From an uncultured Emticicia sp. (GTDB taxonomy: Bacteria; Bacteroidota; Bacteroidia; Cytophagales; Spirosomataceae), in assembly GCA_966212365.1 (NCBI GenBank), contig CBIHRH010000001.1, positions 1 to 32,274 on the forward strand: a DNA stretch of 32,274 bases, given 5' to 3'. The notes below the pieces were generated by a model. That model searched no databases. It worked only from the letters and a program-made list of their open reading frames with translations, and was not told where the DNA came from. Both the position numbers and the translations under genes were made by a program. This document shows positions 16,727-25,292 of the stretch, one piece after another (the stretch's first letter is position 1; each line of letters starts with the position of its first letter).

Positions 16727-18358
16727 ATGAAAAATACAGACAGACCTCAAAGACCGAGGAAAGACACGAAAGAGAAATCTTTCTCTTCAGGAGCCGACAA
16801 GCGCTCAGACAAAAAAAGTTTTTCGGACGATAAACGTCCTTACGGCGATAAGAAATCCTCTTCACCAGCCAGACCGAAAGGTAATTTTCCTAAAAAAGAT
16901 GGTTTTGAAAGAAGTTTCAGCGAACCTCGTTTCGGTGAAAGACGCCCATTTGGCGATAAAAAACCATTTACCAGCGAACCATCAGAACGCCCATTCGAAA
17001 AGAAAGCGGCGCGTCCTTATGGCGAAAAGAAATCATTTTCAAGCGACCGCCCCGCCCGTCCATATGGTAAAAAGGATGAAGGTGGCTTTGACAAAAAACG
17101 TCCTTATGGCGAAAAGAAATCATTTAGCAGCGATCGCCCGGAACGCCCATTCCAAAAAAGAGAGGGAGATAGTTTTGAAAAACGCCCTTATGGTGATAAG
17201 AAACCTTTTTCAGGTGACCGCCCTGCTCGCCCATTCCAAAAAAGAGAAGGAGATAATTTTGAAAAACGTCCTTATGGTGATAAGAAACCTTTTTCAAGTG
17301 ACCGCCCGGAACGCTCATTCTCAAAAAGAGAAGAAGGTGGTTTTGGCAAAAAACGTTCGTTCGATGATAAAAAACCATTTGCAAAAGACCGCTCAGACCG
17401 TCCATTCTCGAATAGAGAAGAAGGTGGATTTGAAGAAAAACGTTCTTTCACGAAAGATAAACCTCGTTTTGATAGAAGAGATGATAAACGTGAAGAAAGA
17501 GGTTTTGGCAGAAATGCTAAGGTAGAGAAAAGAGAAAATCAGTCTAACTCTTCTACCGTATCAGCGCCAAACTACAATCTGGAGAAAATGAAAAATTCGT
17601 TGCCTGCCAGAGTTCAGAAAAAGGTGGCCGCAGAAGAAAAAGATTCAGATGGATTGATAAGATTGAACCGCTTTATATCTAATGCCGGTATAGCCTCGCG
17701 TCGTGATGCTGATGAACTCATAGCCTCAGGACAGATTACTGTTAATGGGAAAGAGATAACAGAAATGGGCTATAAAGTAAAGCCTAATGATGTAGTAAAA
17801 TATGGCAAGAAGATATTGAACCGTGAGAAACTGGTATATATCTTATTGAACAAACCAAAAGATTTTATTACCACTACTGAAGACCCTAACGAACGCAAAA
17901 CTGTAATGGATTTGGTGGCTAACGCCTGCGAGGAAAGAGTATATCCGGTAGGGCGTCTTGATAGGAATACTACTGGTTTATTACTATTAACCAATGATGG
18001 AGAATTAGCTGAAAAACTATCTCACCCATCAAACGAAATAAGAAAGATTTATCAGGTAGAGTTGGATAAGCCTATTACGACTGAGCATTTTGAAGCTATT
18101 AAAGCAGGTGTTGAGTTGGAAGATGGTTTGATTAAAGCCGATGATTTAGGATTGGTGACACCAGATGCAGAAGTTGTGGGAATTGAGATTCATAGTGGTA
18201 AAAACCGTATTGTGCGTCGTATTTTCGAGCATTTTGGTTATGAAGTACTGAAACTTGACCGCACTACCTATGCAGGTTTAAACAAAAAAGATCTGCCACG
18301 TGGTAAGTGGAGATTCCTGACAGAGAAGGAAGTAATCAGACTGAAATATATGATTTAG
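16727..18358 (+). CDS. rluB: RluB/RsuA-family rRNA pseudouridine synthase with a long repetitive N-terminal extension
   Basis: It has an S4 domain (IRLNRFISNAGIASRRDAD), LNKPK, the catalytic VGRLDRNTTGLLLLTNDG, and GKNRIVRR. Confidence 0.88.
   Translation: MKNTDRPQRPRKDTKEKSFSSGADKRSDKKSFSDDKRPYGDKKSSSPARPKGNFPKKDGFERSFSEPRFGERRPFGDKKPFTSEPSERPFEKKAARPYGEKKSFSSDRPARPYGKKDEGGFDKKRPYGEKKSFSSDRPERPFQKREGDSFEKRPYGDKKPFSGDRPARPFQKREGDNFEKRPYGDKKPFSSDRPERSFSKREEGGFGKKRSFDDKKPFAKDRSDRPFSNREEGGFEEKRSFTKDKPRFDRRDDKREERGFGRNAKVEKRENQSNSSTVSAPNYNLEKMKNSLPARVQKKVAAEEKDSDGLIRLNRFISNAGIASRRDADELIASGQITVNGKEITEMGYKVKPNDVVKYGKKILNREKLVYILLNKPKDFITTTEDPNERKTVMDLVANACEERVYPVGRLDRNTTGLLLLTNDGELAEKLSHPSNEIRKIYQVELDKPITTEHFEAIKAGVELEDGLIKADDLGLVTPDAEVVGIEIHSGKNRIVRRIFEHFGYEVLKLDRTTYAGLNKKDLPRGKWRFLTEKEVIRLKYMI
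17013..17460 (+). repeat. Coding tandem repeat, 84-87 bp period (28-29 aa)
   Basis: CTTATGG anchors fall at 17016, 17103, 17187 and 17271. The unit is approximately RPYGDKKPFSSDRPERPFQKREGDSFEK, with degenerate copies on both sides. Confidence 0.85.
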
Positions 18359-18377
18359 AAAGCTTTCAGATAAGAGG

Positions 18378-18470
18378 TCACCTCACCCACTAAATCTCCC
18401 TCTCCTGTAAAAAGGAGAGGGAGACTTTTTTTTGCCCTTCTCCTATTTCAGGAGAGGGGTTGGGGTGAGG
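18378..18470. repeat. BoxC-like double-hairpin element, copy A
   Basis: An outer CCTCACCC/GGGTGAGG pair encloses TCTCCCTCTCCT..AGGAGAGGGAGA, a T-run, and a second hairpin ending AGGAGAGGGGTTGGGGTGAGG. Confidence 0.85.
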
Positions 18471-18570
18471 GAAATTCCAAAGATTATTTAGCGCAAAATA
18501 CTTTTGATACTGCCTATCTTTATTTAATACCAGTTTAGTAGATTAATGCCGACGATTATCTAAAAATTAT

Positions 18571-18578
18571 TACATTTG
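18571..18578 (+). promoter_or_regulatory. -7 promoter element for comA-dedA-aroE
   Basis: TACATTTG lies 20 nt before the ATG. Confidence 0.7.
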
Positions 18579-18598
18579 CAAAAAAGTATTTGTAAAGA

Positions 18599-19423
18599 AT
18601 GAATTATAACCTAAGTCAAGTCCCTAAACGTACAGGTAAACCCAGAGAGTCAGGTCTAACAATGGTAATGGATAAAGGGTTGAGCATCAGAGAAGTAGAA
18701 GATATGTTATCTATTGCTGCACCACACATCGACATCGTTAAACTAGGCTGGGCAACTTCCTTCGTAACTCCTAATCTGAAAGATAAGCTTAAAGTTTACA
18801 AAGACGCCGGTATACCTGTATACTTTGGTGGTACCCTCTTTGAGGCTTTTATAGCAAGAGACCAGTTTGAAGATTATCTGAGAGTATTAGACCAATATGA
18901 CTTAGAGCATTGTGAGGTATCAGACGGTTCTATTGAGATTCCTCACGACGAAAAATGCGCTTATATTACCCGTTTGGCTACCCGGGCAAAGGTATTGTCG
19001 GAAGTAGGTTCAAAAGATGCTGAAAAGATTTTTGCACCATATAAATGGATTGAAATGATGCAGGCTGAATTGGATGCAGGTGCCTGGAAGGTAATTGGTG
19101 AAGCACGTGAGGGAGGAAATGTAGGGTTGTTCCGTAGCAGTGGGGAGGTTCGCCAGGGGCTGGTAGATGAGATTATCCATGCCATTCCGGCTGAGAAAAT
19201 TATCTGGGAAGCACCACAAAAATCTCAACAGGTATATTTTGTGAAACTGGTAGGGCCTAATGTAAATGTAGGAAATATAGCGCCTAACGAAGTAATCCCA
19301 TTGGAAACTATCCGCCTGGGATTAAGAGGTGATACCTTCGGTACTTTCCTGACAGAAAAAACAAAAAAACGCTTCAAATTAGGTAAATATAGCAATGATA
19401 GAAGAATTACTCAGGACGAGTAA
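18599..19423 (+). CDS. comA: Phosphosulfolactate synthase (ComA family)
   Basis: Motifs KPRESGLTMVMDKG, VKLGWAT, GGTLFE, EVSDG, SEVGSK, IIWEAP and NVGNI...LETIRLGLRGDT are present. Confidence 0.9.
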   Translation: MNYNLSQVPKRTGKPRESGLTMVMDKGLSIREVEDMLSIAAPHIDIVKLGWATSFVTPNLKDKLKVYKDAGIPVYFGGTLFEAFIARDQFEDYLRVLDQYDLEHCEVSDGSIEIPHDEKCAYITRLATRAKVLSEVGSKDAEKIFAPYKWIEMMQAELDAGAWKVIGEAREGGNVGLFRSSGEVRQGLVDEIIHAIPAEKIIWEAPQKSQQVYFVKLVGPNVNVGNIAPNEVIPLETIRLGLRGDTFGTFLTEKTKKRFKLGKYSNDRRITQDE

Positions 19424-19485
19424 ACCCTTTTAATCTCAAACCAACGCAATATCCTTCATACAATCCGCTTCGGAAACAGACTTTT

Positions 19486-20133
19486 ATGGAAATTATACAT
19501 TTTTTGATAGACCTACTCAAAGACCCTTTGCTCACACTCCAGGGTTTTCTTGATACATACGATACACTCACTTACGGCATATTATTCCTGATAATCTTTG
19601 TAGAAACAGGATTAATCGTGATGCCATTATTGCCTGGCGACTCGCTACTTTTTGCAGCCGGTTTATTAGCTTCTTCTACCGGAAAACTGGATGTAACCTT
19701 AATGATTCCGTTGTTGATTCTAGCGGCTTTATTAGGCGATAACGTGAATTATTTTATTGGGAAGAACTTTAGTAACTATATCAAATCAAGAGAAAAGATA
19801 CTTTTCCTGAAACGCTCTTATATTACCCAAACCGAAGAGTTTTATGAGAAACATGGCGGTAGAACCGTGATTCTGGCTCGTTTTATGCCTATTGTGCGTA
19901 CTATTGCTCCGTTCGTAGCAGGTGCAGGAAGCATGAAGTATCCCAAGTACATCATGTTCTGTATTTTAGGGGCTATTTTATGGGTAACAAGTATTACGCT
20001 TCTGGGTTACTTTCTGGGCTCAAACCAATGGGTAAAGCAGAATTTCGAAAAAGTAGTTTTGGGTATAGTCTTTATCTCGATTGCTCCGATGATATGGGCG
20101 ATTATTAAAGCTAAATTTTTGACCAAAAAATGA
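19486..20133 (+). CDS. dedA: DedA/VTT family membrane protein
   Basis: Motifs IFVETGL..LPGDSLLFAAG, GDNVNY and ARFMPIVRT are present. Confidence 0.92.
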   Translation: MEIIHFLIDLLKDPLLTLQGFLDTYDTLTYGILFLIIFVETGLIVMPLLPGDSLLFAAGLLASSTGKLDVTLMIPLLILAALLGDNVNYFIGKNFSNYIKSREKILFLKRSYITQTEEFYEKHGGRTVILARFMPIVRTIAPFVAGAGSMKYPKYIMFCILGAILWVTSITLLGYFLGSNQWVKQNFEKVVLGIVFISIAPMIWAIIKAKFLTKK

Positions 20134-20867
20134 ATATCTACGGACTGATTGGCTATCCTTTGGGTCATTCGTTTTCAAAGAAATATTTTACTGAAAAATT
20201 TGCGCAAATGGGCATTGCTGATAACAATGCCTATGAGTTATTTGAGCTGCCTGATATTCAGGCTTTCCCGCAATTAATCAAGAGCCAGCCTAATCTACGG
20301 GGTTTAAATATTACTATCCCTCACAAACAGGCCGTTATGCCTTTTCTGGATGGACTAGATGCCTCTGCCGAGAAAGTAGGTGCGGTTAACGTAATTAAGA
20401 TAGGAGAGGGAGGTAAATTAATAGGCTATAATTCTGATTATTTTGGCTTTAAGACTTCTTTAGAAGAGTTTATACCGGCCGATGCATCATTAAAAGCTCT
20501 TGTATTAGGCAACGGTGGAGCAGCCAAAGCCGTAATAGCTGCACTTAACGATTTATCAATTCCCTACAAGATAGTTTCACGTACTAAATCTGTCGATGCG
20601 TTTGGGTATGAAGATTTAGCTACCGAAATAGGTAATTATCAATTGATTATTAATTCTTCGCCCGTCGGTACCTATCCTAAAGCAGATGTTTGCCCGGATA
20701 TTCCGTATGAACAACTGACAGCTAATCATTATCTATACGATTTAGTGTATAATCCGGTTCAGACACTCTTTTTACAAAAAGGAGAAGAGCAAGGCGCTAA
20801 AACGCACAATGGCTTGAAAATGCTGCACCTACAAGCCGAAAAAGCCTGGGAAATCTGGAATTCGTAA
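20130..20867 (+). CDS. aroE: Shikimate dehydrogenase
   Basis: Motifs GYPLGHSFS, NITIPHK, GAVN, GYNSD, GNGGAA and DLVYNP are present. It overlaps dedA by 4 nt (ATGA). Confidence 0.92.
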   Translation: MNIYGLIGYPLGHSFSKKYFTEKFAQMGIADNNAYELFELPDIQAFPQLIKSQPNLRGLNITIPHKQAVMPFLDGLDASAEKVGAVNVIKIGEGGKLIGYNSDYFGFKTSLEEFIPADASLKALVLGNGGAAKAVIAALNDLSIPYKIVSRTKSVDAFGYEDLATEIGNYQLIINSSPVGTYPKADVCPDIPYEQLTANHYLYDLVYNPVQTLFLQKGEEQGAKTHNGLKMLHLQAEKAWEIWNS

Positions 20868-20901
20868 GCAACCTTTTCATTAAAATAAGCATCTAATATT
20901 T

Positions 20902-21061
20902 AATTGTGGCACGAGCTTCCAATTCACAGCAGGTATTAAAAAGTGTAAAACTCTTTTTAAGCAATTAATTTATTAGCAATATGGATGATTTATTTATACT
21001 AAATTACCTGTTACCAAAAGCATCTATACAATACTGCGAGTTGGAAGCTCGCACCACAATT
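20902..21061. repeat. Inverted REP pair (REPIN-like), GCGAGCTTCCAACTCGC family
   Basis: AATTGTGGCACGAGCTTCCAATTCACAG (20902-20929) compares with the reverse complement of 21034-21061, AATTGTGGTGCGAGCTTCCAACTCGCAG, at 24/28 identity. Confidence 0.85.
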
Positions 21062-21083
21062 TAATCATTAACCTCCCTCCACC

Positions 21084-21521
21084 ATGAAAACAACGCTAAA
21101 TCTCCTGTTAATCTTTCTTTTAGGTATTACCTTTTCCGGTTTTGCTGCCACTACCGCCCCGGCTGATTTAGAATATAAAGAGCAGACGATTGATGATGAG
21201 TTTGGCAAAATCGAGAAACTGGAAGAATATCTGGCTGCGCATCCGGAGGCTACATTAGAGACAATAAAGAAAACTAATCCTGAATTATTAAAGGGTTTTG
21301 ACCTGATTGAAACAACTGAAACCAATTTTTCGTCTACTAAGGAAATGCCTATTGTCGGTGGTTTCTGGTGGGGTTGTTGTTTAGGTATTGTGGGCTTAGG
21401 TCTGGTATATATTATTACTGATAACGATAAAGACCAGGTGCGCCAGGCCCTTTGGGGATGTATCATTGCCACTCTGCTTTGGGGTATCGGTGGTTTCTGG
21501 GACCCATTCGGTTGGTTCTGA
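21084..21521 (+). CDS. Hypothetical exported/membrane protein
   Basis: It has a signal peptide, an acidic soluble segment and two C-terminal hydrophobic helices, each with a WGC motif. Confidence 0.8.
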   Translation: MKTTLNLLLIFLLGITFSGFAATTAPADLEYKEQTIDDEFGKIEKLEEYLAAHPEATLETIKKTNPELLKGFDLIETTETNFSSTKEMPIVGGFWWGCCLGIVGLGLVYIITDNDKDQVRQALWGCIIATLLWGIGGFWDPFGWF

Positions 21522-21552
21522 TAACAGAAAGAACATATACAAATTATCAAAG

Positions 21553-21590
21553 ACGCCGCAAAGTTTTCGTACCTTTGCGGCGTTTATTAT
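21553..21590 (+). terminator. Terminator-like hairpin overlapping a -7 promoter element
   Basis: ACGCCGCAAAG-TTTTCGTAC-CTTTGCGGCGT is followed by TTATTAT. TACCTTTG sits at 21570-21577. Confidence 0.65.
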
Positions 21591-21605
21591 TATTTAAGAC
21601 AGATT

Positions 21606-21923
21606 ATGAAGTTTAAGAAACACGTATTTATTTGTACAAACGATAAAGAAGCGCCTAAGAAATCATGTGGTAGCGTGCACGGTATGGAGTTAGTAGAGGC
21701 GTTCAAGGCATCTATTAAAGAAAAAGGTTTGCAATTTGATATCAGAGCGCAGAAATCAGGTTGTTTGGATATTTGCGCTTTTGGCCCATCTGTGGTAGTG
21801 TATCCTGAGGGAGTATGGTATGGCAAAGTGCAGCTATCAGATGTTGAAGAAATAGTAGAAAGTCATTTAGTTAATGACCAACCTGTTGAAAGATTAAAAC
21901 TCGAATTCCCTGTCAGAGCCTAA
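21606..21923 (+). CDS. Thioredoxin-like [2Fe-2S] ferredoxin
   Basis: Motifs HVFICTN, KSC, SGCLDIC, GPSVVVYPEGVWY and IVESHL...PVERL are present. Confidence 0.92.
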   Translation: MKFKKHVFICTNDKEAPKKSCGSVHGMELVEAFKASIKEKGLQFDIRAQKSGCLDICAFGPSVVVYPEGVWYGKVQLSDVEEIVESHLVNDQPVERLKLEFPVRA

Positions 21924-21942
21924 AGGAGGGAGAATTTTCAGT

Positions 21943-22635
21943 ATGTATAAACACCTCTTTTTTGACCTCGACCACACGCTTTGGGATTTTGAGAAAAACT
22001 CCAGAGAATCATTGGCAGATTTATATCAGGCCTTTAGTCTTCATACCTGGAATATTTCTGAACTAAGCGCTTTTCAGCAAGAGTTTTCCATAGTAAACAA
22101 GCGTTATTGGTCTTTGCTTGAAAGTAATCAGATTACACATGAAGAACTTCGCCGACGCCGATTCAGAGACACACTCATTAATCTGGGTGTGGAAGCCGAT
22201 GAAATTTTAGGATTAAAACTAAATGAAGCGTTTCTTGAATTACTTCCGCAAAAATCACATCTGATAGAGGGGGCGATTGAAGTGCTTGATTTTTTTGCAC
22301 CTAATTGTGAGCTACACATACTCAGTAATGGTTGGCAACATGTGCAGGCAAGAAAAATAAGTAGCTCTAATATTTCACATTATTTCAAGGAAGTAATTAC
22401 CATTGAAAGAGCAGAGGCTCGTAAGCCGGATAAGAAGATTTTCGATTATGCCATTCAGGCAGCCGGAGCGAGACTATCGGAAAGCATCATGATTGGAGAT
22501 AACTATGAAGCTGATATTTTAGGTGCTATCAATGCAAAGATGGACTCCGTTTTTTATAATCCTGACGTCTTTGAAGTTACTCAGAAACCTACTTTTGAGA
22601 TTAGGAAATTGGTGGAATTGAAGGAGATTCTTTGA
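21943..22635 (+). CDS. yjjG: YjjG family HAD noncanonical pyrimidine nucleotidase
   Basis: Motifs FDLDHTLWDF, ILSNG, KPDKKIF and MIGDNYEADILGA are present. Confidence 0.88.
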   Translation: MYKHLFFDLDHTLWDFEKNSRESLADLYQAFSLHTWNISELSAFQQEFSIVNKRYWSLLESNQITHEELRRRRFRDTLINLGVEADEILGLKLNEAFLELLPQKSHLIEGAIEVLDFFAPNCELHILSNGWQHVQARKISSSNISHYFKEVITIERAEARKPDKKIFDYAIQAAGARLSESIMIGDNYEADILGAINAKMDSVFYNPDVFEVTQKPTFEIRKLVELKEIL

Positions 22636-22638
22636 ATA

Positions 22639-22724
22639 TCACCTCACCCTGTAAGTCTACCTCTCCTTTTCAGGAGAGGTAGACTTTTTTAGCCCCTCTC
22701 TGCAGGAGAGGGGTTGGGGTGAGG
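22639..22724. repeat. BoxC-like double-hairpin element, copy B
   Basis: The sequence is TCACCTCACCC..AAGTCTACCTCTCCT-TTTC-AGGAGAGGTAGACTT..CCCCTCTC..GAGAGGGGTTGGGGTGAGG, between convergent genes. Confidence 0.85.
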
Positions 22725-22729
22725 ACACA

Positions 22730-24070
22730 TTAATTACGGAAATATCTAGGATAACGGGTAAAACGCAAACCCACAGTAAAATCTACTCTACTCAGATCTA
22801 TCGGGTTTGCAAGAGGCACTACACCTTTGCCATCACTGAAATTCATAGATTTTATTTTGCCGTAATTATAGCCTGCTTCCAGACTTAAAATAATGTCTCT
22901 GCCTGTAATATCATTGCCCAATAGGAAATCTATCCCAAGCGTAGCAGCGCCACCAAAATCCCAGCCTTTATATGGAATCGTAACACCATTATAAGTACCT
23001 TTATCACTATAGAAATACGCTCCCGGTGCGAGGCCTAAAATAACCATCGTTTTGAAATCAATATTTTTACGGAAATAAAACACAGGGCCAACAAACTTGG
23101 TAGAACGTTTATTGGCAATGCTTCCGGTATCGGCTTTTAGCTGACCACCTTCTATGTATTTAAATATCATATTATCAGCACTGTTTTTACTCTGAAAATT
23201 ATTGAACATAATCCCAAATCCGAAGTTATCAGTAGGAAAGTAGGCAAAGTCTGCACCCCAGGTCCAGCCTCTCAATAATTTTTCTTGATATAGTCCAAAT
23301 TCATCCTCTGTATTGAGTTTTGATAGCATATTTCCAAAACCACCTCTCACACCCAGCCTGAATTTCAGATAATCGTCATATTCACTTTTGGCTTTTTTGG
23401 TGGCCATAGGTGTATTAGTTTTTTCATCCTTTTTCGTTACTTCCTTGTTCTCCGGTTTATTAGGGCTGCTTTTAGGTATATTGTTTTCAGTCTTTGTCTG
23501 GTTATTTCCTACGGCCTCCTTCTGCTGATTTTGCTTGCTGTCTACAACTTTTTCATAAGGTTTTTTTGCTGAACTGGTGCCGGCTTTATCAGAAGTATTC
23601 TTTTGATTATCAGCCTTTTGAGGAGCGGTAGTTTTAGGTGTATTAGTACTGGCAGGGGACTCTTTAGGGGTTGTTTTTGTCACTACCTTATTCCCTTTGG
23701 TTACAAGATCTTCGTCATAGACATTATATTTAAAATCGGTGACTAGATTCTTGAAGATTTCATTCCTTAAAACTTTTCCGTTGGGCGCTACATACGCATA
23801 AATAAAACGGGTAGGTGTTTCATCCAGAATCCGGCACCTGATTTTCTCTCCGGCCTGTGTTGTTATCTGGTCTCTTTGTCCGAATGACTTGCCGATTGAA
23901 ATGGCTAAAACTAAGAAAAGTGCAATAAAGGCTTTGCTTAATAACCGACTTTTTTCAGGCCCTAAGCCAAACGCTCCTGCCTGTATGAAAATGGAGTGTC
24001 GTACCTCCTGATTTTCTGATTTTAAAAATTCCGGAGACTTTAGGGAAAAGTTGTTAGTCAATCGTAACAT
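22730..24070 (-). CDS. Hypothetical outer-membrane beta-barrel protein with an N-terminal domain and a K/T/N-rich linker
   Basis: A hydrophobic signal-like segment lies at residues ~45-64, followed by a small beta domain and a ~110-aa low-complexity linker. Alternating aromatic strands follow (LSLEAGYNYG, VDFTVGLRF). Confidence 0.7.
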   Translation of the reverse strand: MLRLTNNFSLKSPEFLKSENQEVRHSIFIQAGAFGLGPEKSRLLSKAFIALFLVLAISIGKSFGQRDQITTQAGEKIRCRILDETPTRFIYAYVAPNGKVLRNEIFKNLVTDFKYNVYDEDLVTKGNKVVTKTTPKESPASTNTPKTTAPQKADNQKNTSDKAGTSSAKKPYEKVVDSKQNQQKEAVGNNQTKTENNIPKSSPNKPENKEVTKKDEKTNTPMATKKAKSEYDDYLKFRLGVRGGFGNMLSKLNTEDEFGLYQEKLLRGWTWGADFAYFPTDNFGFGIMFNNFQSKNSADNMIFKYIEGGQLKADTGSIANKRSTKFVGPVFYFRKNIDFKTMVILGLAPGAYFYSDKGTYNGVTIPYKGWDFGGAATLGIDFLLGNDITGRDIILSLEAGYNYGKIKSMNFSDGKGVVPLANPIDLSRVDFTVGLRFTRYPRYFRN

Positions 24071-24300
24071 TGTTTATTTATACTTTTTGATAGATATGAT
24101 GAGGTGAATACAAAAACTATACCGAAAAAGAGCAATGCAATATTATGCACGCTTAAGATATTGATATTCAGGTATTTATTATAATAAAAGTGAGCAAATC
24201 AGAACGGTATAATTTTTGGTTTTATTTCGTATATAACGTTAAACCCGAAATATCATTTGGTTTATTAACAAATTATTAACTAAAATATTTGTATTAAAGA

Positions 24301-24333
24301 CTTGACAAGAATCAGATTTATTTACTATCTTTA
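24301..24333 (+). promoter_or_regulatory. Candidate promoter for the ECF sigma gene
   Basis: CTTG (24301-24304) is followed 21 nt later by TATCTTTA (24326-24333), one mismatch from TAnnTTTG. Confidence 0.45.
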
Positions 24334-24418
24334 AACATTCAAAAAAAATCTTCGAAATTTAAAACCAAAATGTACAATATGATATAAAGCTCTACGTTAA
24401 CTAAATTGAAATACAAAA

Positions 24419-25024
24419 ATGGGAAAAATCCAAGTTAGCGATAGTGAGCTAGTATCATTGTATATCCGCGGTAATGAAAAGGCTTTTGCCACACTTGTAC
24501 AACGTTATAAGTCTAAAGTCTATACCACCATATACCTTGTTGTTAAAGATCAATATGTAGCAGAAGATCTGCTGCAAGATACCTTTATAAAAGCTGTAGA
24601 AGTTTTACGTGAAGGTAAATACAACGAAGAAGGTAAGTTTCTTCCTTGGGTACTAAGAATAGCTCACAATCTAGCGATTGACTTTTTTCGTAGAGAGAAA
24701 CGCTACCCTAGCGTAGTGTTTGAAGATGGAAGCAGCGTGTTTAACACATTGGAATTTGCCGAAGACTCTATTGAATCGATGCAGATTAAAAGAGAGTCTC
24801 ACGAGCATTTAAGAGATTTGATTAAACGTCTTCCTGACCAGCAGCGCGAAGTGCTTGTGATGCGTCATTACGACGACATGAGCTTTCAGGAAATAGCAGA
24901 TGCTACTGGGGTCAGTATCAACACAGCGTTAGGTAGAATGCGTTATGCTCTCATCAACCTTAGAAAAATGATGAGTAAAACCGCATATGCTTATGATACA
25001 AACCTTTACCAATACGCAAGATGA
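24419..25024 (+). CDS. ECF-type RNA polymerase sigma-70 factor
   Basis: Region 2 is AEDLLQDTFIKA..FLPWVLRIAHNLAIDFFR. Region 4 is LPDQQREVLVMR..SFQEIADATGVSINTALGRMRYA. Confidence 0.95.
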   Translation: MGKIQVSDSELVSLYIRGNEKAFATLVQRYKSKVYTTIYLVVKDQYVAEDLLQDTFIKAVEVLREGKYNEEGKFLPWVLRIAHNLAIDFFRREKRYPSVVFEDGSSVFNTLEFAEDSIESMQIKRESHEHLRDLIKRLPDQQREVLVMRHYDDMSFQEIADATGVSINTALGRMRYALINLRKMMSKTAYAYDTNLYQYAR

Positions 25025-25229
25025 TGTAATTCGCTATTTGTATAACGAGACATCGAATCAAGAAAACGAACTGATTGAAGGAGCTTTACTTCATGATGGT
25101 GAATTACTTGACTTCTACCTTGATTGTGCAGATATCAAACTAGGATTAGACCAGATTCAACTCTCGCCTTCAGATAAGGCTATCGACAAGATTTTAAATT
25201 TCTCAAGAAATTATCAGCCCAAAAATTAA
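24993..25229 (+). CDS. Small acidic hypothetical protein overlapping the sigma 3' end; possible anti-sigma-like partner
   Basis: The protein reads MIQTFTNTQDDVIRYLYNETS..SPSDKAIDKILNFSR and is followed by a terminator. An alternative ATG lies at 24987. Confidence 0.75.
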   Translation: MIQTFTNTQDDVIRYLYNETSNQENELIEGALLHDGELLDFYLDCADIKLGLDQIQLSPSDKAIDKILNFSRNYQPKN

Positions 25230-25242
25230 TTTTGGGCTTTTT
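25216..25242 (+). terminator. Intrinsic terminator
   Basis: The sequence is AGCCCAAAA-ATTAA-TTTTGGGCT-TTTT. Confidence 0.75.
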
Positions 25243-25292
25243 GTTTGATTGAGTGTAATTAAAAAGTTTTGTGCCAAATAATATTTGGAGAA

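Noticed and set aside
17013..17460. 84-bp periodic repeats as a possible CRISPR array
   Set aside because: These are in-frame coding repeats with no unique spacers, and there are no cas genes.
16899..17525. 208-aa ORF in the +1 frame of the rluB repeat region
   Set aside because: It is a shadow of the low-complexity repeat with no recognisable motif. The main frame is uninterrupted, so no frameshift is needed.
21068..21550. 160-aa minus-strand ORF
   Set aside because: It is antisense to 21084-21521, which has a signal peptide, an ATG start and a downstream terminator.
24302..24328. TTGACA...TACTAT as an E. coli-type sigma-70 promoter
   Set aside because: The spacing is only 15 nt, and the Bacteroidota -33/-7 reading fits better.
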